A stretch of DNA of 63,590 nucleotides, the filler included, from Hyphochytrium catenoides (lineage: Eukaryota > Protista > Hyphochytriomycota): assembly GCA_900088475.1 (NCBI GenBank). It is 10 parts of 10 records of this genome, joined end to end, with 100 filler letters (N's around TTAATTAATTAA, not from the genome) between each part and the next. Parts side by side here need not be neighbours in the genome. Positions count along the whole stretch, not along the records: positions 29,108 to 37,076 come from FLMG01004528.1; positions 37,177 to 45,864 come from FLMG01004260.1; positions 45,965 to 47,406 come from FLMG01000848.1; positions 47,507 to 54,730 come from FLMG01000773.1; 6 more parts are not named here. One strand, given 5' to 3'. A model generated the notes under the pieces. The model worked only from the letters and a program-made list of their open reading frames with translations. It did no database searches and had not been told where the DNA came from. The position numbers and the translations under genes are program-made. Below are positions 36,944 to 49,962 of this stretch, piece after piece; position 1 is the stretch's first letter; each line of letters starts with the position of its first letter.

Positions 36944-37480
36944 AGAGTAAGAAGACAGATCGTCCTCTAGGCATGAGGGAGGGTACACCCTTCTATCTCA
37001 AAAATGTGAGAGAAAGGTTCTCTGCCAGTAAATAAAAGCTGGAGGATGTTGCCACTATCTCTTTCTCCTGGGTCCTNNNNNNNNNNNNNNNNNNNNNNNN
37101 NNNNNNNNNNNNNNNNNNNNTTAATTAATTAANNNNNNNNNNNNNNNNNNNNNNNNNNNNNNNNNNNNNNNNNNNNGAACCCAAAGAAGCGAAAAAGAGA
37201 GAAGAAGAAAGAGAATGGAACGGAGACACAGAGAAGAGAGACCGATACGAGCCCAACCAAGAGAAGAAAAGTAGCAGCGTCAGAAGAAGAAGAAAAAGAG
37301 TTGCTTGAGGAGGACTCATCCAGGAATGCCCCTTTGTCATAGAAATAAATTAGTGCACAGAAAAACGAACCCTCCCTAATGAGACTCTTCACTTCCGTAT
37401 AAAACTATATACAACAAGGAGAGGAAGACACGCAGAGAGAAAGTGATAGACAATAGAAGGTTCCGTGAGCTCTCACTCTT

Positions 37481-37519
<39 letters not shown>

Positions 37520-37533
37520 TAAGCAATCTCTGT

Positions 37534-39331
37534 CTAGATCTCCGTGGCGCTGTCGACGCTGTCCGAGAGTTCTTCTGAGAAAAAGAAGGAAGAGACATCA
37601 AAGTCTGTCNNNNNNNNNNNNNNNNNNNNNNNNNNNNNNNNNNNNNNNNNNNNNNNNNNNNNNNNNNNNNNNGCCAACTTCCAGTCTCTCTCCCTCTATT
37701 TCAGGAAGAGAGACACAGACAGATTTCCCCTGGCCATCAGACCAAGAAAACTTGTGTCTATCGTGTCTCCGTTTCGTCACACGAGGGCTGTCCGTCGCGT
37801 GCTCGATGGGGGAAGAGGGCACACTGAAGCGGTAGATATAGTGCGGAGATAGTTGAGGAAGAAGAGGGAAAGAGAGAGAAAGAGAACGCATCTGTGAGCC
37901 ATCAGAGAAGATATTAAAGGAGAGATGGGTCTATAGCTATGGAGGGCAAACCAGCAATCAAGAGAGAGAAATGGAGAGCCATGTCTGAGGGAGAGGGAAC
38001 AAAACGATATAGGGAAAGAGAGAAGAGAGCGAGAAAGAGAGACAGAAAGAGAGTTATGACGGACAGAGAAAGAGAGAGATAGGCAAAGGAGAAGAGAGAA
38101 GAAGGAAAGAGACACAAGAAGAGAGGAATAGAGAAACAGGAAGAGGCATTACCTGATGGACTGTGATAGCGCTTTCTCGTCGAAGACAAAGCAAGATAAA
38201 TCATTGCTGAGCTGGGCATCAAAGTATGCGAGCTGGGCGGCCGAAGAGAAAGAGGAAGGATCAAAGTGTGGCTTCTTTCTCTTCCCTGTGGGAGTCGAGG
38301 GCGCGCTGAGAGAAACCCCAGAGAGAGACGAAGCGCCATTTTCTGGAGAGGTAATAGAACGGAGGAGTCTAGGAGGGATAATGTCTCTCTCTTCTCCATC
38401 TTTCTCTCCTTGGAAGTCTCCCGGCTCCCCCAAGCTCCTATGAAACATCTTCTGCAAGACTAGCTTGCGGTCTATGTCGTCGCCACTGAAGAGCCGGGAA
38501 GGGCAGAGTGAGAAAGAGAACAGATGTCGCCAAAGAGGAGAGAGAGAGAGAGAGAGAGAGAAAGAGATCAGAGAAAGAGAGAGAGAAAGAAACAGGGGGA
38601 GAGAGAGGAGAGGGGAGAGAGGAAGGGAGCACACAAAGATAGAACACCGAGAGAGAGAGAGAGAGAGACTGAGAGATTAAATATAGATGTAGGGACAAGA
38701 AAGACAGAGAGCTATTTACCTTATGGAGCCTGGATGGAACATGAGATTGGCTCTCTTAGACAGTTCTGGGGAGAGAGGATGGTGTAAGTACCGTGAAGAA
38801 GGAGAGAGAGACGAGAGGAAATAAAAGAAAGAAAGGCCAGAGGCCGTCCTCAGGGGGAGATGGGGAATGAGGAGACACCAACAGATCGGGACACATGTCG
38901 GAAAAAGGAATGACTTGAGGGAAGCGATGAAGAGAAGAGAGAGGGAGAAAACACGCGAGAGACGTAGAGAGGGACAGAGAGAGAGAGAGAGAAGAAAGAG
39001 AATAAGTGCGAAAGAGAGAAAGAGAGAGGGGGAAGAGAGAGAGAGAGAGAGTGAGAGATGGAACTCACCGTAGGATTGAAGCCCCGCCAAGTCTTCGCCT
39101 AAGGCAGCGGCTGACTGCCCTCCAACCTTTAGCGGTGTCAGATCATACTTCGTAAGAGGGAGGACCGGGGAGATCTCTAGCGATAGACTGGAAGATGAAC
39201 CTTTCTTCTGCAGCTCTCGCCGCCGAAGGTTCTCGACCCATTTCTTCCTCATAAGGGAGGCTTGCTGAGGAGTTACATGCACCCGATCACGGGGAGGTGT
39301 GGCCTTCTTTGCCCTTCTTACCTANNNNNNN

Positions 39332-39368
<37 letters not shown>

Positions 39369-39630
39369 CAGAGAGACGAGCGCGCGCGCGAGAGAGAGAG
39401 AGAGGGAGAGAAGGAATGGACAGCGGAAGAGAGCCAAAGAACGGAGTGCTAACCGTCTCGGAGCCAGTAGAGGGAGATACTTTGAGATCCTCCACTCCTC
39501 TCAAAATGTGCTCTGTCGGCGTCCGAGGAGCGTAGATCGAGCCCAGGTTGGCCCTTGTCGCTGTCAGACTCTCTCCTTCCTTCATGATATAATGCACAAT
39601 GTATGGGGAGAGAGGCAAAGATGGAGGAGC
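37534..39630 (-). CDS. Multi-exon Ser/Pro-rich protein of unknown function
   Basis: Non-repetitive open islands bounded by AG/GT between microsatellite introns (LSPYIVHYIMKEGE; QQASLMRKKWVENLRRRELQ; DDIDRKLVLQKMFHRS...AQLAYFDAQLSNDLSCFVFDE; LSPHYIYRF). Ends approximate. Confidence 0.45.
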
Positions 39631-40451
39631 AGGTCCTTAACAAGAGAGAGAGATCTCTGCTATGTCGAAGATGAGGATGAAGAAGGCGTCTGATAGCTGC
39701 GAGCGGGGCTTCAGCGAGGGAGAGAGAAGAGAGAGAATGCAGATGGAGGTCCAGAAGATTGCAATTGGGGCTCGGTCTGTCTCCTTCTCAGCTTGAAGCG
39801 CGCGCTGCGTGACGTTCAATCTCTTTACTTTCTCTCTCTCTTCCGTCGTTCGTTTTGTTTCCCTCCAGCTCTCTTCCTTGTACCTTTTTTGGCAGTCTTC
39901 TCTCTTCTTTATCTCCCCCGTTCTTTATCTCTCTCTCCCTCTCTCTCTCTCTCCTCCTTTTCCCTTCTTTTCACGCTCTTTCTCTTTGTCTTGGCCAATC
40001 CTTTTTACCTCCCGGTCTTGTCTCTTCTCCTGTCGCCGGGAGATGGACGGGGTGGTGGCGGTAGGCTAAGGATCAAATGGAAGCAGAAGTAACTGCTAAT
40101 CTTTCCTGACCGATCATACGCCTGAAACAAGGCTTAGGCTTTTGGATAAGGATAGGGTTCTGCTGACCTTGCTCCCTTTCCTTTCTCCTTCTCTCTCTCT
40201 CTAGCGTCTTCCTCTTCTTCCTCCTTTGACTTCACCCCGCTCCTGCCAGTGGATCACCTTCTTTCCTCCTCCTCTTCCTGCTCTTGCAGCTTATTGCCGT
40301 CCGTATGCTGACAGAGTCGATGATGTGTCTTTCGTAGAAGAATGACGATGGGGAAGGCTTATGATCAAGAGTGGGAGGACCATGAGAAACAGTGAGGCGT
40401 GACAGTTATCGGAGAGAGAGACACACACACACAGAGAGCGAGCGAGAGAGA

Positions 40452-40499
<48 letters not shown>

Positions 40500-41371
40500 G
40501 CAGGGAAGAGGAGGATGAGTGATGAGAAAGAGGCAAGCCGAAGAGGGGATGGAAGATGAGTGAAAGATGATGGAGAAAAGGACGTGACGAGAGGTTTAGG
40601 TGCGACGAGTGGAGGAAACTGTTGGGAGGAATGAAGGGGCAAAGCAGCAGATGAAAGTGGAGAGAGAGAGAAACAGAAAAGGACGAGCAAGAGAGATGTG
40701 TGTGCGAGACAGAGAGAGAGAGTGGGAGAGACAGAGAGAGACTCAAAGTGACGAAGTGGGGGAGAGAAAGAGAGAGAGAAGGGAAGAGAGGGAAGGAGGG
40801 AGAGAGAGGAAGAGAGAGAGTGAGAGACAGACAGAGAGACAGAGAGACAGAGAGGAAAGAGAGAGAGAGATTGAGAGAGATTGGAGAGAGAGATGTCACA
40901 GGATGATGGGGTCTGGGAAGGAGTAGGTAATAAGGGAGAGAGCACAGGAGAAAGAGAGGGCGGTGTAGTCCCAGCAAGAGAAAGATCTGAAGATGGGGTT
41001 CTGAAGTGACCCTAAAACAGAGAGAAAGAGCTTCAACTTCCCATCTTGAAGGATTTCAAGAAAGAAAAAATTTAGTTTCATGTTAATAGTTAGCACAAAA
41101 CGCGAGACCTATAGGATTGAAGTATTTATGACCCTAGTGTGGAGGTTCCATACAAGCCCTCTAATCTATGCTGTCAAAGTTTAAACTATCTTTGATAGGT
41201 TTATTCTTTTTGGACCATATACCTAATAGGGAAGAGATAGATTCAGTATCTGGCTCACCAAATCACATCCCCCTTCCCCTTCCCTCGCCGTTGAAGGCTC
41301 CTACAGCTCTTTCTCTCCCCATCATTGGATGTCCCCATCAGACTTCCTCTCTCTCGTTCTCTTCTCTCCTT

Positions 41372-41407
<36 letters not shown>

Positions 41408-41818
41408 GCTCGCTGTCTCTCTCTCTCTCTCTCCTTTCTCTCTCTCTCTCTCTCTCCTTCTCTCTCTCTCTCTCTCTCTCTCCTCTTCTTTCTGGACACC
41501 CTCCCCTCTCCACATGTAGCGTAATAGCTCCTTCTCCGCCTGCTGTCTTTCGACCACCACCGCTCGTCGGTCACTTGCTCTCTTTCCTCTTTCCCTCCAC
41601 CTCCCCCACCTTCCTGCAGCTGTGTCCCAGCAACCATTTCTCTATAGGGTGCAGGTCTCCATCTTCATGTTTCTCATCTGCTTTCTGTCTCTTTATCTCC
41701 TACACTTTCGCCCCTTACCTCTTTTACCTTGTACCCACTTCTTCTCTTCCTGATAGTCAGAAGCCGGGAAGAGCGTCTCAGCCTCTTTGCCCTTTGATGT
41801 TTGATGTGAAGCACAGGA

Positions 41819-41983
41819 ATGGCCGGCGTTGTGACCTTTGGAACCCTTACCACTGCTTCTCTTGTCGCAGAAGCGCTTACGGAGCTTAGTCTCTTCCCCG
41901 AAGATGGTGATGAGACTGATGATGAAGAAACAGAATGGGCAGACGACGAAAGTGCTAATAGTCTTGGCTCTGAAAGCGATTAG
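41819..41983 (+). CDS. Short acidic ORF or terminal exon (54 aa)
   Basis: MAGVVTFGTLTTASLVAEALTELSLFPEDGDETDDEETEWADDESANSLGSESD*, preceded by a CAG acceptor-like site. Confidence 0.25.
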   Translation: MAGVVTFGTLTTASLVAEALTELSLFPEDGDETDDEETEWADDESANSLGSESD

Positions 41984-43669
41984 AAGCTATACCCTTTCTC
42001 TCTTCTTTCTAATAAAGCTATCGTAAACCGGACAACGGAGATATATTGCTTGGGCTCCGTCCAACTCCACTGATGTTCCTTCTCCTCTTGTACTAGCTTT
42101 ATTAGAAAGAAGAGCAAAACGGGTCTAAGCAGTAAGCTGATAATTATAATGAAGCTAGAGAACAATCAATAAGTCCTGCCACCGAAGCCTATCGTGTCCG
42201 TTTAAAGTTACCTCTCTCTTGAGCCTTCGTCGATTGCTGCTGCTTGTCTAATAGAGCTATGAGTTGCCTTCCGTTCCGGGTCTGCGCCATCCAGCAACCT
42301 AGTTCCCTGGTGATGGCGCGTGGCCCTGGTTGTGGGGGCTGTTGTGGCAGTTAAGCTCTCTGTCACCCAGCCGAGGTTGCTCTCTTTTGCCATTCATTGA
42401 GCCGCGCTCATGGCTGTGGTTCGAGAAACAACTTTGGCCCGTCCTGCTGGTAGCTCACTTTCAAACCGATACTAGTTCTATTCTAGGGAATAATAATGGA
42501 GTGACACAAACAGCAAGGTCAGTCCTTATCTCGACGCCACCGTCTGTTTGAAGTTGGGCGCCGGGATGCAGAACAGGAAAGAGAGCGGGTTGAAGTGATG
42601 ATGACTCAGGAAAGAGAAAGAACGCACTGTTGGACTTTAGGAGGATCCTCCATAATGAGTCTTCTCCTACTTCTTCCGGCAGTCTTCTTCATCAGGGTTC
42701 CGATTAGACTATATATATAGGGAAGCTTGGAAGAAGAAGGTTGTACGAGTCTGAGTAAGAAGGCAGAGGTGACCGACAGTAATAGTGCTACATACTGCTT
42801 GCTGCCTACGAGCATCATCATCGCCTTCGGTTCAGGCTATGCACGCAACAACAACGCATTAGCTCTTGCATGCTAGTAGGCAACCTCTTCATCCTGAGTC
42901 TAACTTCTAATTCTGCCAATAGAGTTTTCTCCGGCGCCCATCATCTCAGTATGCACAGGGTAGTAGTATCCTAGGCTGAGTGAGCGAAGGAAGCCGGATG
43001 GGCGCCAGGAGGGCCCTCCTAAGCAACTCTTTGTTATTAGCAATAACAATGAGCAGTCGGCCACATTTTTCTTGACAACAAACAATCTACCCACGACCAC
43101 CTCACATGTGCAAACTCTTCGCTCCGCACGCACTGTCCAGCTGAGGAGATTAGACACTGCTGGCTTATAAGACTACTCCTACCACCAGCTAGGCTGGGAG
43201 ATGCACGGAGTTGAGCTATTGCCGGGACAGCGTGAGCTCTCCTTCTCTTCTGGTACTTCGGCCCCATCATCATCTGCGCCCTGCCAGCTGTACCAGAGGC
43301 AAGAACCAGGTCTATCTTGCACATGGCAGGCTGCTAATAATTATATAAGCTTGGGCTTCTCTCCATCGCTGGATGACAGATACTCTGCTGCTGATTAGAA
43401 GAGGCGGCCAGAGGTCTTCCGCTTCCGTGTTCCCAGCGTCCCAAAGTAACCAACAGGCCAAGGTCAGCTGCTCCTAGGCTTTCGATCCTCGCCGTTAGCG
43501 GGTGATATCCGAACTTTGTGTATAGTAGTATGCCTTGGGTCCGCCGATTAAGCCTAGTATAAGTGCTGGGGTTTGGAATAGTAATATGGTATGTAAGGGA
43601 TAGAAGCCCTCGAAATCTGGCCGTTCTAGCGTTTTTCTGTTGCCTCTCTTTCGTTGCTTGCTGCTTCAC

Positions 43670-43709
43670 GTTCTCTCTCCTCTCTCTCTCTCTCTCTCGC
43701 TCTCTCTCG

Positions 43710-43740
<31 letters not shown>

Positions 43741-43920
43741 GCTCTCTCTCTCGCTCTCTCGCTCTCTCTCGCTCTCTCTCGCTCTCTCTCGCTCTCTCTC
43801 GCTCTCTCTCTCTCGCTCGCTCTCTCGCTCTCTCACTCTCTCTCGCTCTCTCTCGCTCTCTCTCGCTCTTGTTTCTCGCTCGCTCGCTCGCTCGCATGCT
43901 CTCTCTCGCTCTCTTTCTCT
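43670..43920. repeat. Variant microsatellite with (CTCTCTCTCG)n / (CTCG)n higher-order periodicity
   Basis: Regular G interruptions every 8-12 nt within a CT run. Confidence 0.85.
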
Positions 43921-44193
43921 TCCTCTACTCTCTCCTCCTTTTCGTTTCTCTTCTGCTCGCCCAAGTCTGGAACATCTAAAGCTCCGACATAAGAAGAGAA
44001 AGGAGACAGATAAAAAGATTGAGGCGTTGTCTTCAGGCAGCGCCTGCCCGCAGACACGCATCTTTACACTGCATATAGCTTCTCGTTTCTCTCTCGCTGT
44101 CTGTCATTCTCTTGCTTTCTCCGTCTCTCTCCCTCATTCCTCTCCGCAGCAGCCTCTCAGAGCGAAGAGACAGGACGAGCGAAAGGAGGAGAG

Positions 44194-44584
44194 ATGGCTC
44201 CTGCTGACGTGAGCGCCGCGCCTGTGAAGTACGGAGATAAAATCAAGCTCTGGGCTGAGACGACGTACAAGGTGCCCGAGACCTTGAAGAAGAAGGGAGG
44301 ATACCTTGGATACTTTGATAAGAAGGGAAAGCATGGGATCTTGACCGCGGTAGCCGAGCTAAGCTGCTTTCTCCTGTCCCAGATCTGGGCCTGTCTCTCC
44401 CTGTGGTCCTCTCAATACTCGCTGCGTCGTCTGTTATCCTCGCTTCTCTTCCTCTCGGATCCTTTGTCTTTAGCGCTGCTCTCTGCTCCTCTCAGTGTAG
44501 TGAGTGTTTGGTCCTGAGCTACTTCCTCCTTGCCCTTCGCCCTATTCGAGATCTCACTGGTTCTCTCATCTATCCTCCTCTCTT

Positions 44585-44617
<33 letters not shown>

Positions 44618-45864
44618 CTCTCTCCTTCTCTCTCTTGCTCTCTCGTTCTGGCCGCACTGCCAGGTTCCTCCTATTGGTCCTCATTATGAGGCGAGCATGT
44701 TCACAGAGGAGGTGTTCACGGTGCTGGATCCCTTTCAGAAGTGTCCCTCCGGCAGTGCGCTGCGCTATGGTCAGGAGGTTGTCCTCGTCAACCAGGACGG
44801 ACAGGTCTGGAACAATAAGACGGGAGGCATCACAGGTTCGGCAATCATACCCAGATATCCCTATGTATCCTGTGAAAGAGAGAGAGAGAGAGAGAAGGAT
44901 GCTGCTGTGGCTATTGCCGCCTGCTTATCTGTCCGCTTCGATGTGGGATCTTCTCTGAAGTCGGTCTGCTTCTTCCTTATGTCCCGTTAGCATTCCATAG
45001 ACGCCCTATTAGGCGCCATCCTTTCTCTCTCTCTCTCTCTCTCAGTCTCACTCTCTCATTCTTTTACTCTCTCTCTCTCTCTCTCTTGCCCCTCTCTGTC
45101 TCCACGCGCTCCTTACCATCGCGTTTTCTCACCGCCTAGACTGTCTTCTCCACTAATCTCTCTTCTCCCTTTGGTCAAAGGATACATCGGCCCCCGACCA
45201 GCCGGAGCTCCGGGGTCACTGCAGGTGACCTTTGAGAACGCAGGCAAAGCTGCAGGGGAGCCGGTTTGCTATGGAGATGCTAACGTAGCAATCAATGTCT
45301 CCAGCTCCAACAGACATTTGAACATGTGTATGTATCACTCTCAGTCTCTTGCTGTTTCTCTCTTCTTCCACTTTCTCGGTCTCTCTCATCTCCCTTCACC
45401 CCTCTAGCACTCTTCCATCCTTTCTCTCTCCTGTCTCTCCGTCGTGTCCTCCTGTCTCTCCGTGTTATGTGTCTCCCGAGTATATGTTTGTCCTCTTCTT
45501 CTACACCTCCCACGGCTTTTCCAGGGCTTTGAGGCTTTACTTTGAATCAGCGGCCTCCAGTTCGCATATCTGTCACTGATAGCCTCTGCCATTGGTCTCC
45601 TACTTACTATCTTTCCATAATCGAAAGCCAAACGGCGGTCTAGCTCGGTCCAGGCTCTCGTATTGCTAGCTTCTTACCTTTGATCTGTCCCATGCCCAGC
45701 GCTTCCGCCTCTGTCGACGGACTTCACCTTGCCTCTTTTGGCCTTTCTTTTCTTGCGTCAGGCCCGTGGTGCTACGAGGACTCTCCCTTATCGCTCTCTG
45801 TTCTTACGTTTTCTCCTTGTCGCTTCCTTCTTGGTCCGCGTAGTCAATAAGCGCTTGACAAACT
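44194..45864 (+). CDS. 5' part of a protein with an internally repeated beta-rich domain (xxYG(D/Q)-x-V/I repeats, beta-trefoil-like); truncated by the spacer
   Basis: Exons splice to MAPADVSAAPVKYGDKIKLW...GGYLGYF...LTA|VPPIG...ALRYGQEVVLVNQDGQVWNNKTGGIT|GYIGPRP...PVCYGDANVAINV...|NKRLTN. Three YG(D/Q) units and a repeated GY(L/I)G. Confidence 0.7.
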
Positions 45865-45996
45865 NNNNNNNNNNNNNNNNNNNNNNNNNNNNNNNNNNNN
45901 NNNNNNNNTTAATTAATTAANNNNNNNNNNNNNNNNNNNNNNNNNNNNNNNNNNNNNNNNNNNNAGAGAGAGAGAGAGAGAGAGAGAGTCAGCAGA

Positions 45997-46370
45997 TCAA
46001 TTCTCTCGGAGCTGAAGAGATCCAAAAGAAGCAAGGTTTGGGATAGATTAATATAAGGTAGTAAAGAATGCGGTGAGAAAAACAGAGAGAGAGAGAACGA
46101 AAGACAGGGCGAGAGAGGGCGAGAGAGAGAGAGAGAGAGATAGATAGATAGAGAGAGAGAGAGATAGAGAGATAGAGAGAGAAAGTCTTACGTTCTCTCT
46201 CCTCAAGCTCTGGTTCCTGAGGGCGAAGGCCTTGGAAACTGACAGCACGAGGATGGCGGCGACGGCCAGGAAGCCAAGCAGAGGGAGGAGACAGTCCGGG
46301 ATGTCAACAGAGATTTCTAGGGCGTATCCTTCTTCTTCATCTTCATTTACCTAAGGGTAACAAGCGCGGT

Positions 46371-46409
<39 letters not shown>

Positions 46410-46537
46410 GAAAAGAGAGAGAAAAAAGAAGAGATAGGTAGGTAGAGGACACTTAGTATGTGAGGAGGAGGTAAGCCAAAGTAAGAATTGAGAGATATTG
46501 TGACAGACAACTCAATGGCAAGAGGCAAGAGAAGAAC

Positions 46538-46569
<32 letters not shown>

Positions 46570-47022
46570 ATGGAGACTGAGAGAGAGAAAGAGAGTATGA
46601 GAAAGACTTACTTCCGTTTCTTGTGTCGTCTCCTCTCCTCTCTCTTCGTTTATTTCAGAGACATCATCCTTAGACACTTGCTCCTCTTCCTCTTTCTGCT
46701 CATCGAACGTTTGAAAGGCGACTTGGCGCTTAAGTCGGGCCAACTCTTCTTGGTCAAACTGTGGGACCGAGAGAGAGAGAGAGACATGAAGAGAGGGAGA
46801 GAGAGAGAGAGAAGAGAGAAAGAAGAGGGATTCGTGAGGCAACGTAGAAGGAGGATCAATGGATGGATGAAGGAGAGAGAATCTTCTCACCTCAAGCTGC
46901 TCCTGAAGACGTTCGTTTTTCTGCAGTGACACCTGAAGGGCCAGTCTCAGTGCTTGAAGTTCCTTCTGCGCTGCCTGTGAGCAGATATATATAGAGATAG
47001 AAGGAGAAGAAAGAGTAAGATG

Positions 47023-47065
<43 letters not shown>

Positions 47066-47165
47066 GTGCAGAGCCTGCGGTCAGAGTAACGAAATGACTT
47101 TTATTTTATAATAGCAATGGCTTCTAGTCATTAGGGATACATGGAGAAAGAAGGCACAAATATTG

Positions 47166-47206
<41 letters not shown>

Positions 47207-47294
47207 GAGGAGAAGTTCAGGATAAAGAACCGCCCATGTCTTTCATTTGTACCTGGAGCTGTTTAGTCACCATCTCCCGTTCACGCTCAGAAGC
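45997..47294 (-). CDS. 3' part of a coiled-coil protein with a near C-terminal transmembrane helix (tail-anchored-like)
   Basis: Phase-0 exons ASEREREMVTKQLQ|AAQKELQALRLALQVSLQKNERLQEQLE|FDQEELARLKRQV...|...LLPLLGFLAVAAILVLSVSKAFALRNQSLRREN|LREN*. Confidence 0.6.
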
Positions 47295-47551
47295 CTGGAG
47301 AGCAAGAGGGAGAGAGGGAGAGAGACAAAGAGAGAGATGGTGAGAAATGGGATGAAGAAAAACGAAGTGTGAAAAAGCCAATCAATGAGAGAGGCTATTG
47401 AAGGCANNNNNNNNNNNNNNNNNNNNNNNNNNNNNNNNNNNNNNNNNNNNTTAATTAATTAANNNNNNNNNNNNNNNNNNNNNNNNNNNNNNNNNNNNNN
47501 NNNNNNGTACATATTTGCTTCTTTCATCTTCTTCAAACAGTAGTCGATTTC

Positions 47552-47953
47552 TCACTCTCTACTAAGTTTCTTCATAATAAAGGCCACATCAACTGCAATA
47601 AAAAAGGAGAGAAGCAGCGAAAAGAAAACAGAAAAAGGTGGAGCGCGAAAGAGAGAGGGAGAGAGAGAGAGAGAAAAGAAAGTGCGACTCTTGGACGGAG
47701 CCAACTTTTCCAGCGCCAGGGAAGAAGTGGAAACAGAGAAGGAGACATAAAGAAAAAAGGAGAGAGAGAGAACAAGGAAGAAGAAGGAGAAGAGGAAAGC
47801 TAAGGATAGGATAAGGATAATTATTCTGAAAACGCTAAAGATTCCATTGTGAAATAAAGCAACGGACAAGAAGACAAGAAGAACCATCATAAAAAGCAGC
47901 AGGGTGGAAGGAGAGAGAGAGAGGAGAGAGAGAGAAGAGAGAGAGAAAAGAGA

Positions 47954-48012
<59 letters not shown>

Positions 48013-49403
48013 AACCTCACTGGGGACAAGAAGGTGCTTTGATGCTATTAACGAATGGAATAGTGAAAACAAAAACAAAATAATGTAGGCCACAGGCAAC
48101 AACGACGAGGCAGACAGAGAGATGGGAGCGGGGAACAAAAAAGAGAGAAGAAATGAAGAGAGAGGAAGCAGGAAGAGAAAAAAGAGAGAAGAAGAAGAGA
48201 CCGAGAAGAGAGAGGACGAGAGGACACCAAAAAGAAGAAGAAGAAGCGAGCGAGAGAGCGGGCACTGTTCTATGCTTGTTAATCTTTATAATCATCATCA
48301 ATCGACCTTACTAGGAGAGAGGCTTGTCCTATTATTCCATCATTATTATTGGGGAAGAGAAGAAGAGAGAGAGAGAGAGCCAGAAAATGCATCATCATCA
48401 CCACAAGAGACCACCGCAACACAGGAATCGAAAAACGACTGGAAGAGAGAGAAGGACAGTAAAAGACAGACTTACAACGAGGTACAAGGAGGTGTAAGGA
48501 AGAGAGAGAAGAAGGTGGGAAGAGAGGGAGAGAGAGGGGAGAGAGAGAGTGAGAGAGAGAACGAGAGAGAGTGTGAAAGAGAGAAAAGAGGAAGAGAGAG
48601 AAAGAGAGCGAGAGAGAGAATAGAGAGACAGAGAGAAAGAAAGAAAGGAGAGAGAGAGAAAGAGAGAGAGAGGGAGAGGGAGAGAGAGAGACAGTGAGTA
48701 AGTGTGACAGAAGGTAGAGGGAAAGATTCGAGAGAAAGACAGAAGGTAGGGAGGACAGCCAACATAAGAAAGGACCTGAATATTGCAGTCTAAAAATGTA
48801 GAATCTAGCCTCCGCCACTACATTTTCAGGTATGTTATGCTTTCAAATCGCTAATTTACCGTTTCAGCTGTGAAGAGGCATCGTCCAAGGATTCACAAGA
48901 AGCACCACTGAACGGTCGTTTCTTTTCATGTAAACCGCAATATATGGAATTATAGTGTCAAAGATTTTGGAAATAGGGATAAGTCTTAATCTTATTACGA
49001 ATAGAATACTTTGGCCAACCCCTCGCTCCCACAATCCCGGGGCCGCCAAATANNNNNNNNNNNNNNNNNNNNNNNNNNNNNNNNNNNNNNNNNNNNNNNN
49101 NNNNNNNNNNNNNNNNNNNNNNNNNNNNGAGAAAGAGAGAGAGAGAGAGACTGGAGAACCAGCAAGGAAGATGAGGGAGAGTGGATATGCGAGAGAGAGA
49201 CAAGAGGAGAGACAAGTGAGGAGACGACAACAGAAGGCAGAAGGCAGGACACACACAGATTGTGAGAGCGATGGTGTTGAGAGAGGACACGGCAAAGTGG
49301 GAAGAGAGAAACAGAGAGAACAGAGAGAGAGAGAGAAAGAACGAACGTACTGAACAAGAGTCTTCACTGTGGTCGTCAAAAGCTCTCCAGCACCAGATGA
49401 CAT
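47552..49403 (-). CDS. Probable small-exon gene of unknown function
   Basis: ATG at 49403 (MSSGAGELLTTTVKTLVQ|GTACGT). Candidate exons IWRPRDCGSEGLAK, KRPFSGASCESLDDASSQLK|RFYIFRLQYS and several 17-40 nt AG..GT islands. Model interrupted by an N gap. Confidence 0.35.
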
Positions 49404-49691
49404 GGAGAAAGAAAGAGAGAAAGGGAGAGAACGAATGAAAGAGAGAAACTTGGAGAGAGACAACTCTCTTCCCTTCTTGGTGAGAAGCAGCAAAAGACGG
49501 ACAAGAAAGTTAGACGAGACGCAGCGCCCGCAGCTTCCTTCGTCGCTGGTCAAGGTTTGAGCCTTGGGAAAGAAGTAAAAGAGAGTAAAAGATCGCCTCT
49601 CTCTTTCTCATCTCTCATTATCTTTTCTCTTTCTTCTTCCCTGCCACCATTGACATAAGACGGAGCCTCCGGGGAAGTGGGTTATCGTGTC

Positions 49692-49723
<32 letters not shown>

Positions 49724-49750
49724 GGGGGAAGAAGAGAGAAAGAGAGAGAA

Positions 49751-49914
49751 ATGTTGAGTCGCAATAGCAGCGGCGATAGCCGGCCGCGAGCTCTGTCTCA
49801 AGCGGCATCTCTTTCTTCTTCTTCTCTTCGGACGAGCTCCTCCTCGTCGTTAGAGGAGGACCTGAAGAGCAATCAGGTACAGCTAATTTCACTCTCTCTC
49901 TCTCTGTCTCTCTG

Positions 49915-49962
<48 letters not shown>

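Noticed and set aside
35316-39630. Joining the 37.5-39.6 kb exons to KATNIP as one gene
   Set aside because: They are separated by an artificial spacer, the upstream gene appears to have its own stop at 37534, and it has no DUF4457 motifs.
4700-41140. Scattered TTAGGG/CCCTAA-like hexamers as telomeric or telo-box elements
   Set aside because: They are isolated single copies with no tandem array or consistent position relative to starts.
48770-49052. AT-rich, repeat-free island with a small hairpin (AAAATGTAG...CTACATTTT) as a MITE or ncRNA
   Set aside because: It is better explained as short exons and introns of the minus-strand gene. There is no TIR pair, TSD, or tRNA/snoRNA box structure.
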